Below, piece by piece: positions 1-8,640 of a stretch of DNA of 30,773 nt. The notes under the pieces were generated by a model that saw nothing but the letters and a program-made list of their open reading frames with translations, had not been told where the DNA came from and ran no database searches. Source of the stretch: a virus. Where the stretch lies: IMG/VR virus record IMGVR_UViG_3300006147_000496. The stretch is one strand, 5' to 3'. A program made the position numbers and the translations under genes. Position 1 is the first letter of the stretch. Every line of letters starts with the position of its first letter.

Positions 1-77
1 CACGCCACCAACCTCCACTCCGTACATCAAGGGACTGCCAAAATCTCGTGATGCCGTAAATCTGATTACAAGTCCCC
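1..77. repeat. Terminal direct repeat, exact copy of 30697-30773 (overlap of a circular assembly)
   Basis: Read base by base: CACGCCACCAACCTCCACTCCGTACATCAAGGGACTGCCAAAATCTCGTGATGCCGTAAATCTGATTACAAGTCCCC occurs at both window ends. A minus-strand ORF runs through it without a stop. Confidence 0.95.
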
Positions 78-628
78 CCGCTGACGGTGCCATCCGGCCT
101 CCCGGCGATCAATGGCCCGTTGATGGTAGCCGATTCAGCGGTCAGGGCCCCTCCAATGTCCACATCGCCAACGTTGGATTCCAGGGTTCCCGGTTCTCCC
201 TTGTCCCCTGGCCGCCCTTGGGGGCCACGGGGGCCTTGTGCCAAAATAATTTCCACCCGGCCCGTTTCCGCACCGGGCAGGGTGGCCGTTACGTACCATT
301 CCGCCCGTTGTTGCGGATCCGCCGGCGTGACACGTTGGGCAATATCTATTTCCCCCTTCAGGAGCGGCATTTCCGCGCCTCCGGGGAAGGTCAGGAACAC
401 GTCATAAAAAGCCCAGCCGGCGGAAAGTCCGGGAAAATTGATGGCAACAATATTTTCGGGATTGACGGCGCTGCAATCCAGCAGCCGGACACAGCCGCCG
501 GACATAGCAACGGCGGCGCGGACCGCGCAACCGGCCAGATCCACTTCCTCCGGCGGATCAAGCGTCAAAACCAGCTCCCCCGGAACATGTGCCGTGGCGG
601 AAAAATTGAATGTAGCGGGCTCTTGCAT
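1..628 (-). CDS. Tail fibre protein, 5' portion (ATG at 628; ORF leaves the window at nt 1 and continues at 30696)
   Basis: I hand-translated the minus strand from ATG 628 to nt 1 and found no stop (MQEPATFNFSATAHVPGELV...GPRGPQGRPGDKGEPG...FWQSLDVRSGGWWRG). The ORF is missing from the supplied track because it has no stop inside the window. GGAGGGG lies 13 nt upstream of the ATG. The position directly after the tape measure gene fits a fibre. Confidence 0.8.
   Translation of the reverse strand, partial: MQEPATFNFSATAHVPGELVLTLDPPEEVDLAGCAVRAAVAMSGGCVRLLDCSAVNPENIVAINFPGLSAGWAFYDVFLTFPGGAEMPLLKGEIDIAQRVTPADPQQRAEWYVTATLPGAETGRVEIILAQGPRGPQGRPGDKGEPGTLESNVGDVDIGGALTAESATINGPLIAGRPDGTVSGGTCNQIYGITRFWQSLDVRSGGWWR
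188..235 (-). repeat. Collagen-like Gly-X-Y run (GPR GPQ GRP GDK GEP G) inside the fibre gene
   Basis: Five consecutive G-X-Y triplets were read from the minus-strand translation. Short collagen-like runs are common in phage fibres. Confidence 0.8.
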
Positions 629-658
629 ATAACTATATCCCCTCCGTCTCTTTTGCCC

Positions 659-3004
659 TTACTCGGCCAGGACGATCTGGCCGGGCTTCCAGGTTTCAAG
701 AATCCTTTGTATGTCCTTCAACGTCAATGTTTGCTTTTCCGTTGCCGACAGGAGCGAGGATGACAGGCCCAGGCTCTTTCCGCCGTTGCCTACCTCAACG
801 CCGCTTTGTTTGATAATGTCATTCAGGCCGGGGCCGTCTCCCAGGGATTTCTGCCTGGTCTGGGTCCGTTCAAGCGCTACGTCGCGCCGGGCCATTTCAG
901 CGGCGTCCTTTTCATCCATGCCGGCGTCCTGGTAGCTTTTCGTTTTTTCCCGCAGGGCTATTTCATCCCGGATCTTTTGCGCCCGTTGATCAAGCCCCGC
1001 TATTTCCGCGGCCATTAACTCCTGATTCCGGCGCGCCCCGGATTCCATTTTTTCATAATCTTTTCTGGCGTCAGACAGTTCTGCATATTTTTTCCTCAAA
1101 TCGTCCAGGGCCTTAATTTGATTCATCACGGCATCCGTAGGTTCCTGCCGGGACAATTCGGCAATGCGGGACGTGATGCCGGCCATGCCGGGCTCGGAAC
1201 CCATGCCGCGGGCTTCCCGGTCCAGCCATTCCCCGCGTTCCCGGAGGCTCTTTTTCTTATAGGTACGGTCAGATTCGCTTTTCATCCAGGAGGCTTCCAG
1301 TTCCCGGAGTTTCTTCCGGTTCTGCTCCGCTTCCCTTTCCGCCTTTTCCCGTTCCTTGGCGAGTTCTGCCAGGCGTTTTTCCGCGGCGGCCTGTTCCCGG
1401 ATCCGGGCCAGGGCTTCTTCACGGGACGATTGATAAAGGGTGTAAAGATCCGTCAGGCTCCCCACCACGGCGGCCTGATCCTTCCATTCCTCCGATTCTT
1501 CGCCGGCGGTCTTGGCGACATATTCCAGTTCTTCTTCCGCGCGGCGCAAATTGTTCAAGATCCTGTTCCCCACGGCGTCCACATCCGTTTCCGTGTTGGC
1601 ATTTTTCATGCCTTCTTCATACGCCCTCCACTCATTATCAAGAAATTGTCCTTTTCTTACGCGATCGCCCGCACGGGTGCGGGCTTCCTGGTCATTATCC
1701 CCGCCGGCGGGGGCTGCCGGCGCTCCGGAAAGTTGCCGGTAAATGTAAGAGATCCCTTCACCAATCGCCACCACGGCCAAACCTACCCCCGTTGAAATAA
1801 TGGCGCCCTTGATGGCGACCATGGCCGCGCGGACGGATGCCGCGATTCCCGCCGCTGCGGCGCGGACCACGCCCGCCGCCGTGGCGGCGCCCGTCCGGAT
1901 GGCATTCCACAATCCCGCCCAGCTGCCTTTGGCGAGCAATACCCAGGAGGACATGGACGTCAGGCTGCCCTTTGTCTGCGCCATGGCGGCCACCATTTGA
2001 GACCGGGACGTGAGAAACGCCACCCCAATACCTAGTACAGCCGTAGAGACATGATCTGCGTTGTCCACAATGAGGGGCAGGGCATACCCTGCCGCCTCGC
2101 CTAACGCCAGGGCTGCATCCGCGGCCCGAAACAAAAAAATTCCCGTTTTTTGGCCCCATTCCGTGGCCCCGTCCTCCCATTTTACCAGCCGGGTGTCCAC
2201 TTGTTCCAAAAGGGCGCTTAACGGCCCCAGCAAGCCGGCGCCAAAATTTTCCTGCAGGTTGCCCCAGGCGTTTTCCGCCCGTTTTAGCAACCCTTCCCAG
2301 CTTTTCCCCACTTCCTTTTCCGCGTCTTTCAGGGGGCCGTCTTCCTTGGCAAGCTCCCGGATGGCGGCGGCCACGTCATCAAATCCAATTCCTTCTTTCA
2401 GTTTCTCCTGGAGGGCATAGCCTGAAAGTCCGGACGTTTTTTCCATGGCTCCCATCAGATCCACCTGGGCGGCGTTGAATGCCTCCATGATTTCAGAATT
2501 AAAACCTTTCAGCCCCCCGGAACCCTTGACCATGGCGGCCACCAGGGCATTCATTTTGCTTTGGTCCCCCTGGGCGATCGTGGCAAGCTGGCGGACCAGA
2601 TCAGGTGCAAAACTTTCGGAAATGCCGCCGCGGATTAACTGGGCGGCGTTTTTGAACATTTCCGTGGGGGTATATTGGGAGGTCAGGGCCCAGTCATTGA
2701 TGGTTTCAAGGATGCGCTTTGCTTCATCCGCGCTGCCTGTCAGGCCCGTCAATTCACGTTCCACGCGCTGGATGGCCGCAGACGGCGCGACAAAATCAAA
2801 GGCTTTTTGAACAGCGCGGCCAATAGCGGCTCCCGCTGTAGAAACCATGTCTTTCGCGCCGAAAAATGCAAGGCCAATCCGGGCCGTTTTAGCTGTGGTG
2901 GAATTCGCCAGGGCATCCACAGATTCTTGAATTTCCGTCAATGCCTGCTTGAATTCAGCGGCATCCGCTCCCAGCGTTACAGTTACGTCAGGCATTGCTT
3001 CCAA
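659..3004 (-). CDS. Tail tape measure protein
   Basis: 781 aa. The N-terminal third resembles the TP901-type tape-measure core. The middle has Gly/Ala-rich hydrophobic segments (AAGVVRAAAAGIAASVRAAMVAIKGAIISTGVGLAVVAIG). The C-terminal half is a long E/R/K-rich coiled coil. It is the largest gene of the tail module. Confidence 0.8.
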   Translation of the reverse strand: MEAMPDVTVTLGADAAEFKQALTEIQESVDALANSTTAKTARIGLAFFGAKDMVSTAGAAIGRAVQKAFDFVAPSAAIQRVERELTGLTGSADEAKRILETINDWALTSQYTPTEMFKNAAQLIRGGISESFAPDLVRQLATIAQGDQSKMNALVAAMVKGSGGLKGFNSEIMEAFNAAQVDLMGAMEKTSGLSGYALQEKLKEGIGFDDVAAAIRELAKEDGPLKDAEKEVGKSWEGLLKRAENAWGNLQENFGAGLLGPLSALLEQVDTRLVKWEDGATEWGQKTGIFLFRAADAALALGEAAGYALPLIVDNADHVSTAVLGIGVAFLTSRSQMVAAMAQTKGSLTSMSSWVLLAKGSWAGLWNAIRTGAATAAGVVRAAAAGIAASVRAAMVAIKGAIISTGVGLAVVAIGEGISYIYRQLSGAPAAPAGGDNDQEARTRAGDRVRKGQFLDNEWRAYEEGMKNANTETDVDAVGNRILNNLRRAEEELEYVAKTAGEESEEWKDQAAVVGSLTDLYTLYQSSREEALARIREQAAAEKRLAELAKEREKAEREAEQNRKKLRELEASWMKSESDRTYKKKSLRERGEWLDREARGMGSEPGMAGITSRIAELSRQEPTDAVMNQIKALDDLRKKYAELSDARKDYEKMESGARRNQELMAAEIAGLDQRAQKIRDEIALREKTKSYQDAGMDEKDAAEMARRDVALERTQTRQKSLGDGPGLNDIIKQSGVEVGNGGKSLGLSSSLLSATEKQTLTLKDIQRILETWKPGQIVLAE

Positions 3005-3007
3005 CGG

Positions 3008-3457
3008 TTAAAATCCTATGAATCGCTCTACCCGGTCCAGGGTGGCGCGGGAACAGTTTTTGGAAAACAGGGCATGGCGGGCGCCGGATTGCACAAGCAC
3101 CATGACTTCCCGCTTTTTCACTTCGTCCACCAGCCGCCGCTTGTTGTGAAAGCCTGTGATGATATAGGCCAGAGGATCAAGGTTGTTCGGATCGTTCAGC
3201 CAGTCCCAGTCTTCCCAGCGCGCAAGCACTTCTCCCATGGTGTATTTCCCATCCCGGCTGCGTTTCCCAAACCACCAGGTGACCGCCCCGCCGGGCCCGG
3301 CGATCCCTTCGCCAATCACGCGGGAAAAGCCCGGCGTGTTGTTCAGGAGGGGGAACCCCAATGTGATCAGGCACGCGGCAAGTTCCGTGTTGCGCGTGCT
3401 GTCAAAATCTTCCGGCGTCAGGATGGCGCCGCCGTCTTCGTTTTTTTTATCCGGCAT
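3008..3457 (-). CDS. Hypothetical protein (late operon)
   Basis: 149-aa ORF packed 3 nt upstream of the tape measure gene. I recognise no motif with confidence. Confidence 0.5.
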   Translation of the reverse strand: MPDKKNEDGGAILTPEDFDSTRNTELAACLITLGFPLLNNTPGFSRVIGEGIAGPGGAVTWWFGKRSRDGKYTMGEVLARWEDWDWLNDPNNLDPLAYIITGFHNKRRLVDEVKKREVMVLVQSGARHALFSKNCSRATLDRVERFIGF

Positions 3458-3472
3458 AATATTGATAATTTG

Positions 3473-3889
3473 TTAAAATTGAATGAATAATTCGTAACTG
3501 CACTTATAAACCATGAACGTTTCCGATGTGCCGGCAAGCGCGGGGGATGATGACGCCCCCAGGACTGCCCAGGCGGCGGGCGCGTCCTGGCCGTTCCGGC
3601 GTCCGGCAAGCGCGGCCATGACTTCCGCGCAGGCGCGGGAAAAGGCAGTTACGTCCAGCACCAGGGCGGCGGGCTCCGCTTCCGCGTACCGTTGCCGGTA
3701 CATGATTTCCCCGGAAATTTGGTAGGTGAAATTTCCGGAAATGATTTCATCCGCGCCAGTTACATTCACCAGAAGGGCCTTGTCCCCTTCCTTTTCGCCG
3801 TCCGTTGGTTCCCAGACAGGCACGCCGGCGAATTCCGGGCGTTCCTGAAGCGCCTCCGCAATAATTTGTGCAACAATTTCGGTATTCAT
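3473..3889 (-). CDS. Hypothetical virion protein (possibly tail-terminator or neck-like)
   Basis: 138-aa ORF, tightly packed in the tail module. The assignment rests on size and position only. Confidence 0.45.
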   Translation of the reverse strand: MNTEIVAQIIAEALQERPEFAGVPVWEPTDGEKEGDKALLVNVTGADEIISGNFTYQISGEIMYRQRYAEAEPAALVLDVTAFSRACAEVMAALAGRRNGQDAPAAWAVLGASSSPALAGTSETFMVYKCSYELFIQF

Positions 3890-3892
3890 GGT

Positions 3893-4645
3893 TTATTTGT
3901 CGTAGATGTCTTCGTCCCAGCCGTCCGGACCGGAAAGCATGTATGTATCAGTTACTTGCCATTCCTTCCCGTATCCTTCCACGGACGTTCCCATACTCAT
4001 CCAGTTGAATTTTCCGGAGGGGGATTCAAACGGCCCCGGCGGCGCGGCAATCGTGCAGGCTTTCTGATAATTGATCGTTCCGGGATCCGTTACTTTGTAA
4101 CGGACTTGCAGCACAATTTGCGGGCTGTAAAAGCTCGTGATGCCCTTTTTTATCTTTTCAATCAATTTACTGTTATCATCCCCAAGAATGCTTCTAATGG
4201 TCTTTTGTGTGACCGGCTGCCCGTCTTTCGATATGTCAATCTTGGTCCCCATGCAACCCCCGTTCACCAGCCTTTTCAGGGCGTCCAACTTCTCCCCGGA
4301 ATAGCTTTCCGCGAGTTTGTGCGTTAAAATGGGCTGCGGCACGCAAGTCACGGAAAGGGAATACTGCGGACTTTCACGGGTGCTTCCCGGCATTTCAAAT
4401 TCTTCCTCTTCCTTCCCGTCCATGGCCTGGCGGCGCACCCGGCATTCCGCAAAATCCCCGGCTTTCCGGGTAACGGTGGCTGTGATATTCCACAAATCCC
4501 CGCCGGCGGCTGATTGGCGGGCCGCATAGGCGCACATTTCAGCCCAGGTTCCTTCCCAGGTTTCTTCCGTATAGCCCCCGGAGACAGGTTCCCCTTTCCC
4601 TTTATTGACTACGCAATAACTGCGCTGTACTTGTTCAATCGCCAT
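3893..4645 (-). CDS. Hypothetical virion structural protein
   Basis: 250-aa ORF whose ATG overlaps the end of the upstream ORF by 11 nt. No motif recognised. Confidence 0.5.
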   Translation of the reverse strand: MAIEQVQRSYCVVNKGKGEPVSGGYTEETWEGTWAEMCAYAARQSAAGGDLWNITATVTRKAGDFAECRVRRQAMDGKEEEEFEMPGSTRESPQYSLSVTCVPQPILTHKLAESYSGEKLDALKRLVNGGCMGTKIDISKDGQPVTQKTIRSILGDDNSKLIEKIKKGITSFYSPQIVLQVRYKVTDPGTINYQKACTIAAPPGPFESPSGKFNWMSMGTSVEGYGKEWQVTDTYMLSGPDGWDEDIYDK

Positions 4646-4886
4646 AAGTAGCTAAAAATGAATTGTCCTGTTCGATGATTTCAGCAATCCGGGAACGCAT
4701 GGCACGTTGTTTTGCCCGGTCCGCATAGGCCCAGCGGGTAGCATTGCCTTCCTGGACCAGCCACGCATGGACGTATTGGAGCAGGATTTTCAACGGCATG
4801 TGCTTGATATAGTATTCCGTCCAGCCGGTCGCGCGGGCCATGATCATAATCAATCCCGCCCACCCGTCCGGCTCCGCTAGTTTTTT
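4635..4886 (-). CDS. gpT-like -1 frame extension of the tail assembly chaperone (track lists 4635-4853 as a 72-aa ORF)
   Basis: The -1 frame relative to 4877-5335 is open from the slippery site at 4880-4886 down to the stop at 4635 (KKLAEPDGWAG then MIMIMARATGW...). It could alternatively initiate on its own at ATG 4847 or 4841. Confidence 0.5.
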   Translation of the reverse strand, partial: KKLAEPDGWAGLIMIMARATGWTEYYIKHMPLKILLQYVHAWLVQEGNATRWAYADRAKQRAMRSRIAEIIEQDNSFLATYGD

Positions 4887-5335
4887 GAGGGCGCCCCGTC
4901 CGGATCCTTGATCCCCTCCGCCTGGGCAGACATGATCGCGTTCATTTCGCGCGTCATGCCCTCCACAATTTTCCCCAGCGCGCCAAAACCCACTTTTCCG
5001 GCAAAGGCCAGGACGGCCCGGCGGATGGCTGCCGCATCGTCAAAACCGCCGCCGGCCACCAGCCGCACCACGTCTTCTTCCGGCGCCGCGTGGATCCAGA
5101 CAAATTCCGCCAGGGCGTACATGCTCATTTTTTCCGGAGGATTTTCCGCAGGCTCCGCGCCGTCTTCCAACGATGGACCTTCCCGGCGGCGGTTCAGTTG
5201 AGTCAGGCAGGAGTTATTCAGGAGTTCCAGCATAGCCATGCTTGACAGGCTGATAGGGCGGACTTTCAGGCCGTTCACTTCCGCCTGGGGCAGATCGCCG
5301 GAAACAATGGATGTGGTATTGGTTATTTCACGCAT
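4877..5335 (-). CDS. Tail assembly chaperone (gpG-like)
   Basis: 152-aa acidic protein ending at the slippery heptamer, with an open -1 frame downstream. This is the organisation typical of G/GT chaperones in long-tailed phages. Confidence 0.55.
   Translation of the reverse strand: MREITNTTSIVSGDLPQAEVNGLKVRPISLSSMAMLELLNNSCLTQLNRRREGPSLEDGAEPAENPPEKMSMYALAEFVWIHAAPEEDVVRLVAGGGFDDAAAIRRAVLAFAGKVGFGALGKIVEGMTREMNAIMSAQAEGIKDPDGAPSKN
4880..4886 (-). promoter_or_regulatory. Candidate -1 programmed frameshift heptamer A_AAA_AAC
   Basis: Minus strand reads CCC TCA AAA AAC TAG. The X_XXY_YYZ heptamer is in the correct phase and the zero-frame stop follows immediately. Confidence 0.55.
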
Positions 5336-5339
5336 ATAA

Positions 5340-6098
5340 CTATATCCCCTCTTTCTCTTTCAGCTTCCCTTCCAGCACGGCTTCCATGATCCGCGCGCAC
5401 GCTTCCCGGATCGTCCCTCCGTCACGCTCCACAATAGGATGATAAAACGCCATTTGCCCGCAATGCACCGCGCACACGCCGCCGCGCGCCAGGCGGGCGA
5501 TTTCCGCCAGATCGCGCGGATCACACGTCCGGACGCCAATCAGACGCCGCCCGCCCCGGAATTCCAGCACGTCCACCCCGGCGGACCCGTACAGGTATAA
5601 CAGAATTTTTGAAATGGTCTGGTCTTCCGGATATTCCTGACGGGCATTTTCCGGCCATTCCCGCCGGGACAGCAATTCCAGCGCGGCTTTGATGGCCGCC
5701 CGCGTGATCCAGTAGCAGCAGCCGGCCCAGGCAAGCGGAACACGGCATTGCATCCCTCCCGCCACCTTTCCGCGGTCTTTCAGGCTGCGCGTGATTTCCG
5801 CCGGATCCATGAGCAGCGTATCAGCGTCAATCTTGATGACCGGATCATCCCCTGGGATGTCCAGCATGCACCCCAGCATGCCGCGCACGCATTCCAGGCC
5901 GTTCAGGTTCCCCCCGCGGGCAAAATAGGTGATTTTGTAAAATATATCGTTCCCCGTGGGGACTTGTGCCGGAAATAAAGGCTTCGCCGCGTCATCAAAT
6001 AAATAAAATTGGGCGGCCTGGTCTATTCTCCGTATTTGTTCCATGCATATTTTCAAGCATTGGTGATCGTCTCGATATAAAAATATTGCGTAGTTCAT
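5340..6098 (-). CDS. GT-A fold glycosyltransferase-like protein
   Basis: 252 aa. It starts with a beta-strand-like AIFLYRDD, then shows YLFDDAAKP (resembling the hhhhDDGS motif) and VIKIDADTLL (resembling DxD). The order and spacing match family-2-like glycosyltransferases. This is motif-level evidence only. Confidence 0.5.
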   Translation of the reverse strand: MNYAIFLYRDDHQCLKICMEQIRRIDQAAQFYLFDDAAKPLFPAQVPTGNDIFYKITYFARGGNLNGLECVRGMLGCMLDIPGDDPVIKIDADTLLMDPAEITRSLKDRGKVAGGMQCRVPLAWAGCCYWITRAAIKAALELLSRREWPENARQEYPEDQTISKILLYLYGSAGVDVLEFRGGRRLIGVRTCDPRDLAEIARLARGGVCAVHCGQMAFYHPIVERDGGTIREACARIMEAVLEGKLKEKEGI

Positions 6099-6102
6099 TT
6101 AT

Positions 6103-7434
6103 TTAATTTATCGGTGAATAAATTTTGGAGGTCACAATCCATTCCCCCTGCTGGATATAGATTTTTCCGTTTTCGTCCCGGTGCAGGCGTATTGCATGGT
6201 CGCTGTCGCATACAAGAGCGGTCCAGGAATCGCTTATAAGACTATCAGAGCCATCCGGCGCCGTTTCCGCGTACAGCTCCACAGCCAATTTATTATTCCG
6301 GATAAACAAGCCTGCCTTCACACCGTTGACAGCATCAGACCAACTTGATTCATAATCCAGCACCACATATTTTCCATTTTTCCGCAAAGGGGTGCGAAAA
6401 CTCAATTCTTCCGCGTCGCCCCCAGGAGTAACTATAAGAGAAAGAGCCCCTGCCTCCGTGGACAATCCTACCTTAGCGCCTCCACCTAAATCATGAACGC
6501 TGGTATCTACCGTTAAATCAAGTTCCCCGGCCAAACCCTCCGGAGATACTGACAAAGACAGCGGCCATTTTCCATTTTCCCCCGGCGTTTTGGAATCTAC
6601 CGCCGTTGAATCAATCCTGATCTGTAAAATCTGCGTATCAATGTCATTCCCGTCCTGGTCCTTGTCCTTTTTCCATTCCAGCCCATCCCCAGGTTCCACT
6701 TTTTGGGCGGATAAAGACAGCTTCCCTTCTTTGTCCTCAATGTTGACGGACCCGTCAGAAGAACATAACAATTTAAGCTTATAAGGATCTCCATCAGTGT
6801 TCCCGCCGTCTTCCTTTTCTTCGTAAATCAGCGAACAGTCCGCGCTGGAAGGTTCTTTCGCGTCTTCAATCAAGGCGCTGATCTTCCATGTTTTTATTTT
6901 ATTCCCGTTTGCGCCGTCTTCTTCGTCTTCCTCCGCCTGAATTCCTTTCCCGGCTTTAATGACAATTTCGTCCGGGCGGATAATATAAACAGGTCCCCCG
7001 GCATGTCTCCAAATAAGTTCTTCCCCAATGGTAGCCAACGAAAATTCCAGGGAGGTTCCACTTCCTTCCGTGGCGGTTCCTTCCTGGACCACGCCGGAAG
7101 AAAATTCCCCGGCATCATCCAGCGTGACAACAAGCTTGATTTCCCCGGTATAGGTATCGCCCGCAATCAGGGTCCATTCTTTTTCCCCTACAACATTTTC
7201 TTTTCCTTTAACAATTACGCGCCCCTGGTGGCAACACCAGCCCCAGGCCCCCGCGTCGTCTTTCCGGTACAGGACCGCAAAATCCATTTCCGGCAGGGGC
7301 AGGGCGTCAAAATGCTGCGGAACCATCATTTCCCCTGCGGTGCTGACGTTTTCTGACAGGTGGCGGATGCTGTCACCAAGCGCATTGAATTTTCCTGCGC
7401 TTAAAGGATCGCCTGCTTTGAAAATAGGTATCAT
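6103..7434 (-). CDS. Virion structural protein (major tail, fibre or decoration candidate)
   Basis: 443-aa acidic, beta-rich ORF between the neck genes and the chaperone. The 3' two-thirds (about 6103-6950) look AT-richer than the flanks. Confidence 0.45.
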   Translation of the reverse strand: MIPIFKAGDPLSAGKFNALGDSIRHLSENVSTAGEMMVPQHFDALPLPEMDFAVLYRKDDAGAWGWCCHQGRVIVKGKENVVGEKEWTLIAGDTYTGEIKLVVTLDDAGEFSSGVVQEGTATEGSGTSLEFSLATIGEELIWRHAGGPVYIIRPDEIVIKAGKGIQAEEDEEDGANGNKIKTWKISALIEDAKEPSSADCSLIYEEKEDGGNTDGDPYKLKLLCSSDGSVNIEDKEGKLSLSAQKVEPGDGLEWKKDKDQDGNDIDTQILQIRIDSTAVDSKTPGENGKWPLSLSVSPEGLAGELDLTVDTSVHDLGGGAKVGLSTEAGALSLIVTPGGDAEELSFRTPLRKNGKYVVLDYESSWSDAVNGVKAGLFIRNNKLAVELYAETAPDGSDSLISDSWTALVCDSDHAIRLHRDENGKIYIQQGEWIVTSKIYSPIN

Positions 7435-7455
7435 GATTTCATGATATGTTTGAGG

Positions 7456-8226
7456 TTATCCCCTCATGGTGCACTGCGCCTTTTTCAGCAGCCATGATTT
7501 CACTTTTTCATCCCGCTTCCGTATTTTGGCTTTCACTACTTCATCAAGTAATTGATTGATAATAAAGTTCATGTTTGGGTGGTAGGCCGTGGAATTGGTA
7601 ATGATTATTTCCCACTTCCCACGGCGGTTCACCAGCCGGGCCCGCCCGCCGCCGGTTCCGTGGCGTTTCACCCAGGCGGGGATGCCGGTTTGCCGTCCGC
7701 TCAATACCGCTCCGGCCATCCATCCGGCGGCCATGCGCCCCACGCGGGCCAGGCGCCGTTTATATTCCGCGTTCAGGGCCTGTTTTGTCGTCCAGGCCCG
7801 CGGGCCGTGCCAGTTCAGCTTCATTCCCTTCCGCCCGCGTTTCATCCCAAATCGTTTCAAGTGCGTGCGCGGATCCACAATCAGCACGGGATCTTTAGGG
7901 CGCGCGAGCATGAACGGGGAAAGATGGTGCGCTCCGTCGTCATAAGTCATCAGTTGGCCGCGGGAACGGTAATAGCGGGGCTTGGCAAATTCAGAGCCCA
8001 TAATATCCCAGCGGATCCGCGTTTCCTGGCGGTTTTTCGCTTCCGCTCCCTGGACGCGGGCGCCGTTTCTTCCCCCGCCTGAAGGCGGCGTCCAGTCAAT
8101 AGCCGCTTTGGTGAAAATCCGGCCATAGTCCAGGGCGGCTTCATGGGCCGCTTCCTGGGCGCCGGCTTCCAGTTCCCGGCAAAGCCGGGTGAAGCCGGCC
8201 ATGTTGAATTCCGAACGGACTTTCAT
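7456..8226 (-). CDS. Head-tail joining or tail-completion protein candidate (HK97 gp10-like N-terminus)
   Basis: 256 aa. The start overlaps the upstream stop in an ATGA arrangement. The N-terminus (FTRLCRELEAGAQEAAHEAALDYGRIFTKAAIDWTP) resembles the gp10-family pattern. Position is downstream of the capsid gene. Confidence 0.4.
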   Translation of the reverse strand: MKVRSEFNMAGFTRLCRELEAGAQEAAHEAALDYGRIFTKAAIDWTPPSGGGRNGARVQGAEAKNRQETRIRWDIMGSEFAKPRYYRSRGQLMTYDDGAHHLSPFMLARPKDPVLIVDPRTHLKRFGMKRGRKGMKLNWHGPRAWTTKQALNAEYKRRLARVGRMAAGWMAGAVLSGRQTGIPAWVKRHGTGGGRARLVNRRGKWEIIITNSTAYHPNMNFIINQLLDEVVKAKIRKRDEKVKSWLLKKAQCTMRG

Positions 8227-8618
8227 GATGCAAGATCCATGTGGATCATAGGATCCGTGTTGCCGCTCGTTACCGTGGTAATATAATATATGACCGGCTG
8301 ATCCCCCAGCGGGGCGGAAACGGTGAGGCGGTCCCCGGCCCGCGGAAGCTTGGGAAGGTCATGAGCTCTCAACATGCAATGTGCCGTAACCTGTTTTTCC
8401 GCGCCTCCAATTTCCACGGTGTACCCCACGGCGGCGGGGGAAACAACGGCGTAACAATCCGCATACACGTTCCCTTTGCGCAACAGCCGTACACGTTCCC
8501 CCAATTCCCGGATCATGTCATTCCCGCCGGCGGTTAATAACTCACGTACACTCATTGATGATAATTTCGGAAAAAGGGCCGCCGCCCGGACGTTTGCACG
8601 GTTCCGACGGCGGCTCAT
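8223..8618 (-). CDS. Head-tail connector or head-closure protein candidate
   Basis: 131-aa ORF immediately after the major capsid gene. The call is positional. Confidence 0.4.
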   Translation of the reverse strand: MSRRRNRANVRAAALFPKLSSMSVRELLTAGGNDMIRELGERVRLLRKGNVYADCYAVVSPAAVGYTVEIGGAEKQVTAHCMLRAHDLPKLPRAGDRLTVSAPLGDQPVIYYITTVTSGNTDPMIHMDLAS

Positions 8619-8640
8619 AGTTCAACAAATACCGGACAGG

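Noticed and set aside
1-77. The 77-nt terminal repeat as a biological direct terminal repeat or att duplication
   Set aside because: The repeat lies in the middle of a coding frame that reads through the join. The GpA-type terminase predicts cos ends rather than terminal redundancy. An exact fixed-length overlap is what circular assemblies produce. The real att core is at 15850-15894.
629-661. The tape measure and fibre genes are in the same frame, separated by one TAA and 10 sense codons (possible readthrough fusion)
   Set aside because: Same-frame neighbours occur by chance one time in three. The fibre gene has its own ATG with a GGAGGGG upstream. No readthrough context is evident.
87-763. 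Plus-strand track ORFs 87-407, 218-763 and 438-632 at the window start
   Set aside because: They are antisense to an uninterrupted minus-strand ORF (628 to 1). That ORF has a start context, a collagen-like motif and frame continuity across the circular junction. The plus-strand translations are Pro/Arg/Gly-rich, which is typical of GC-rich shadow frames.
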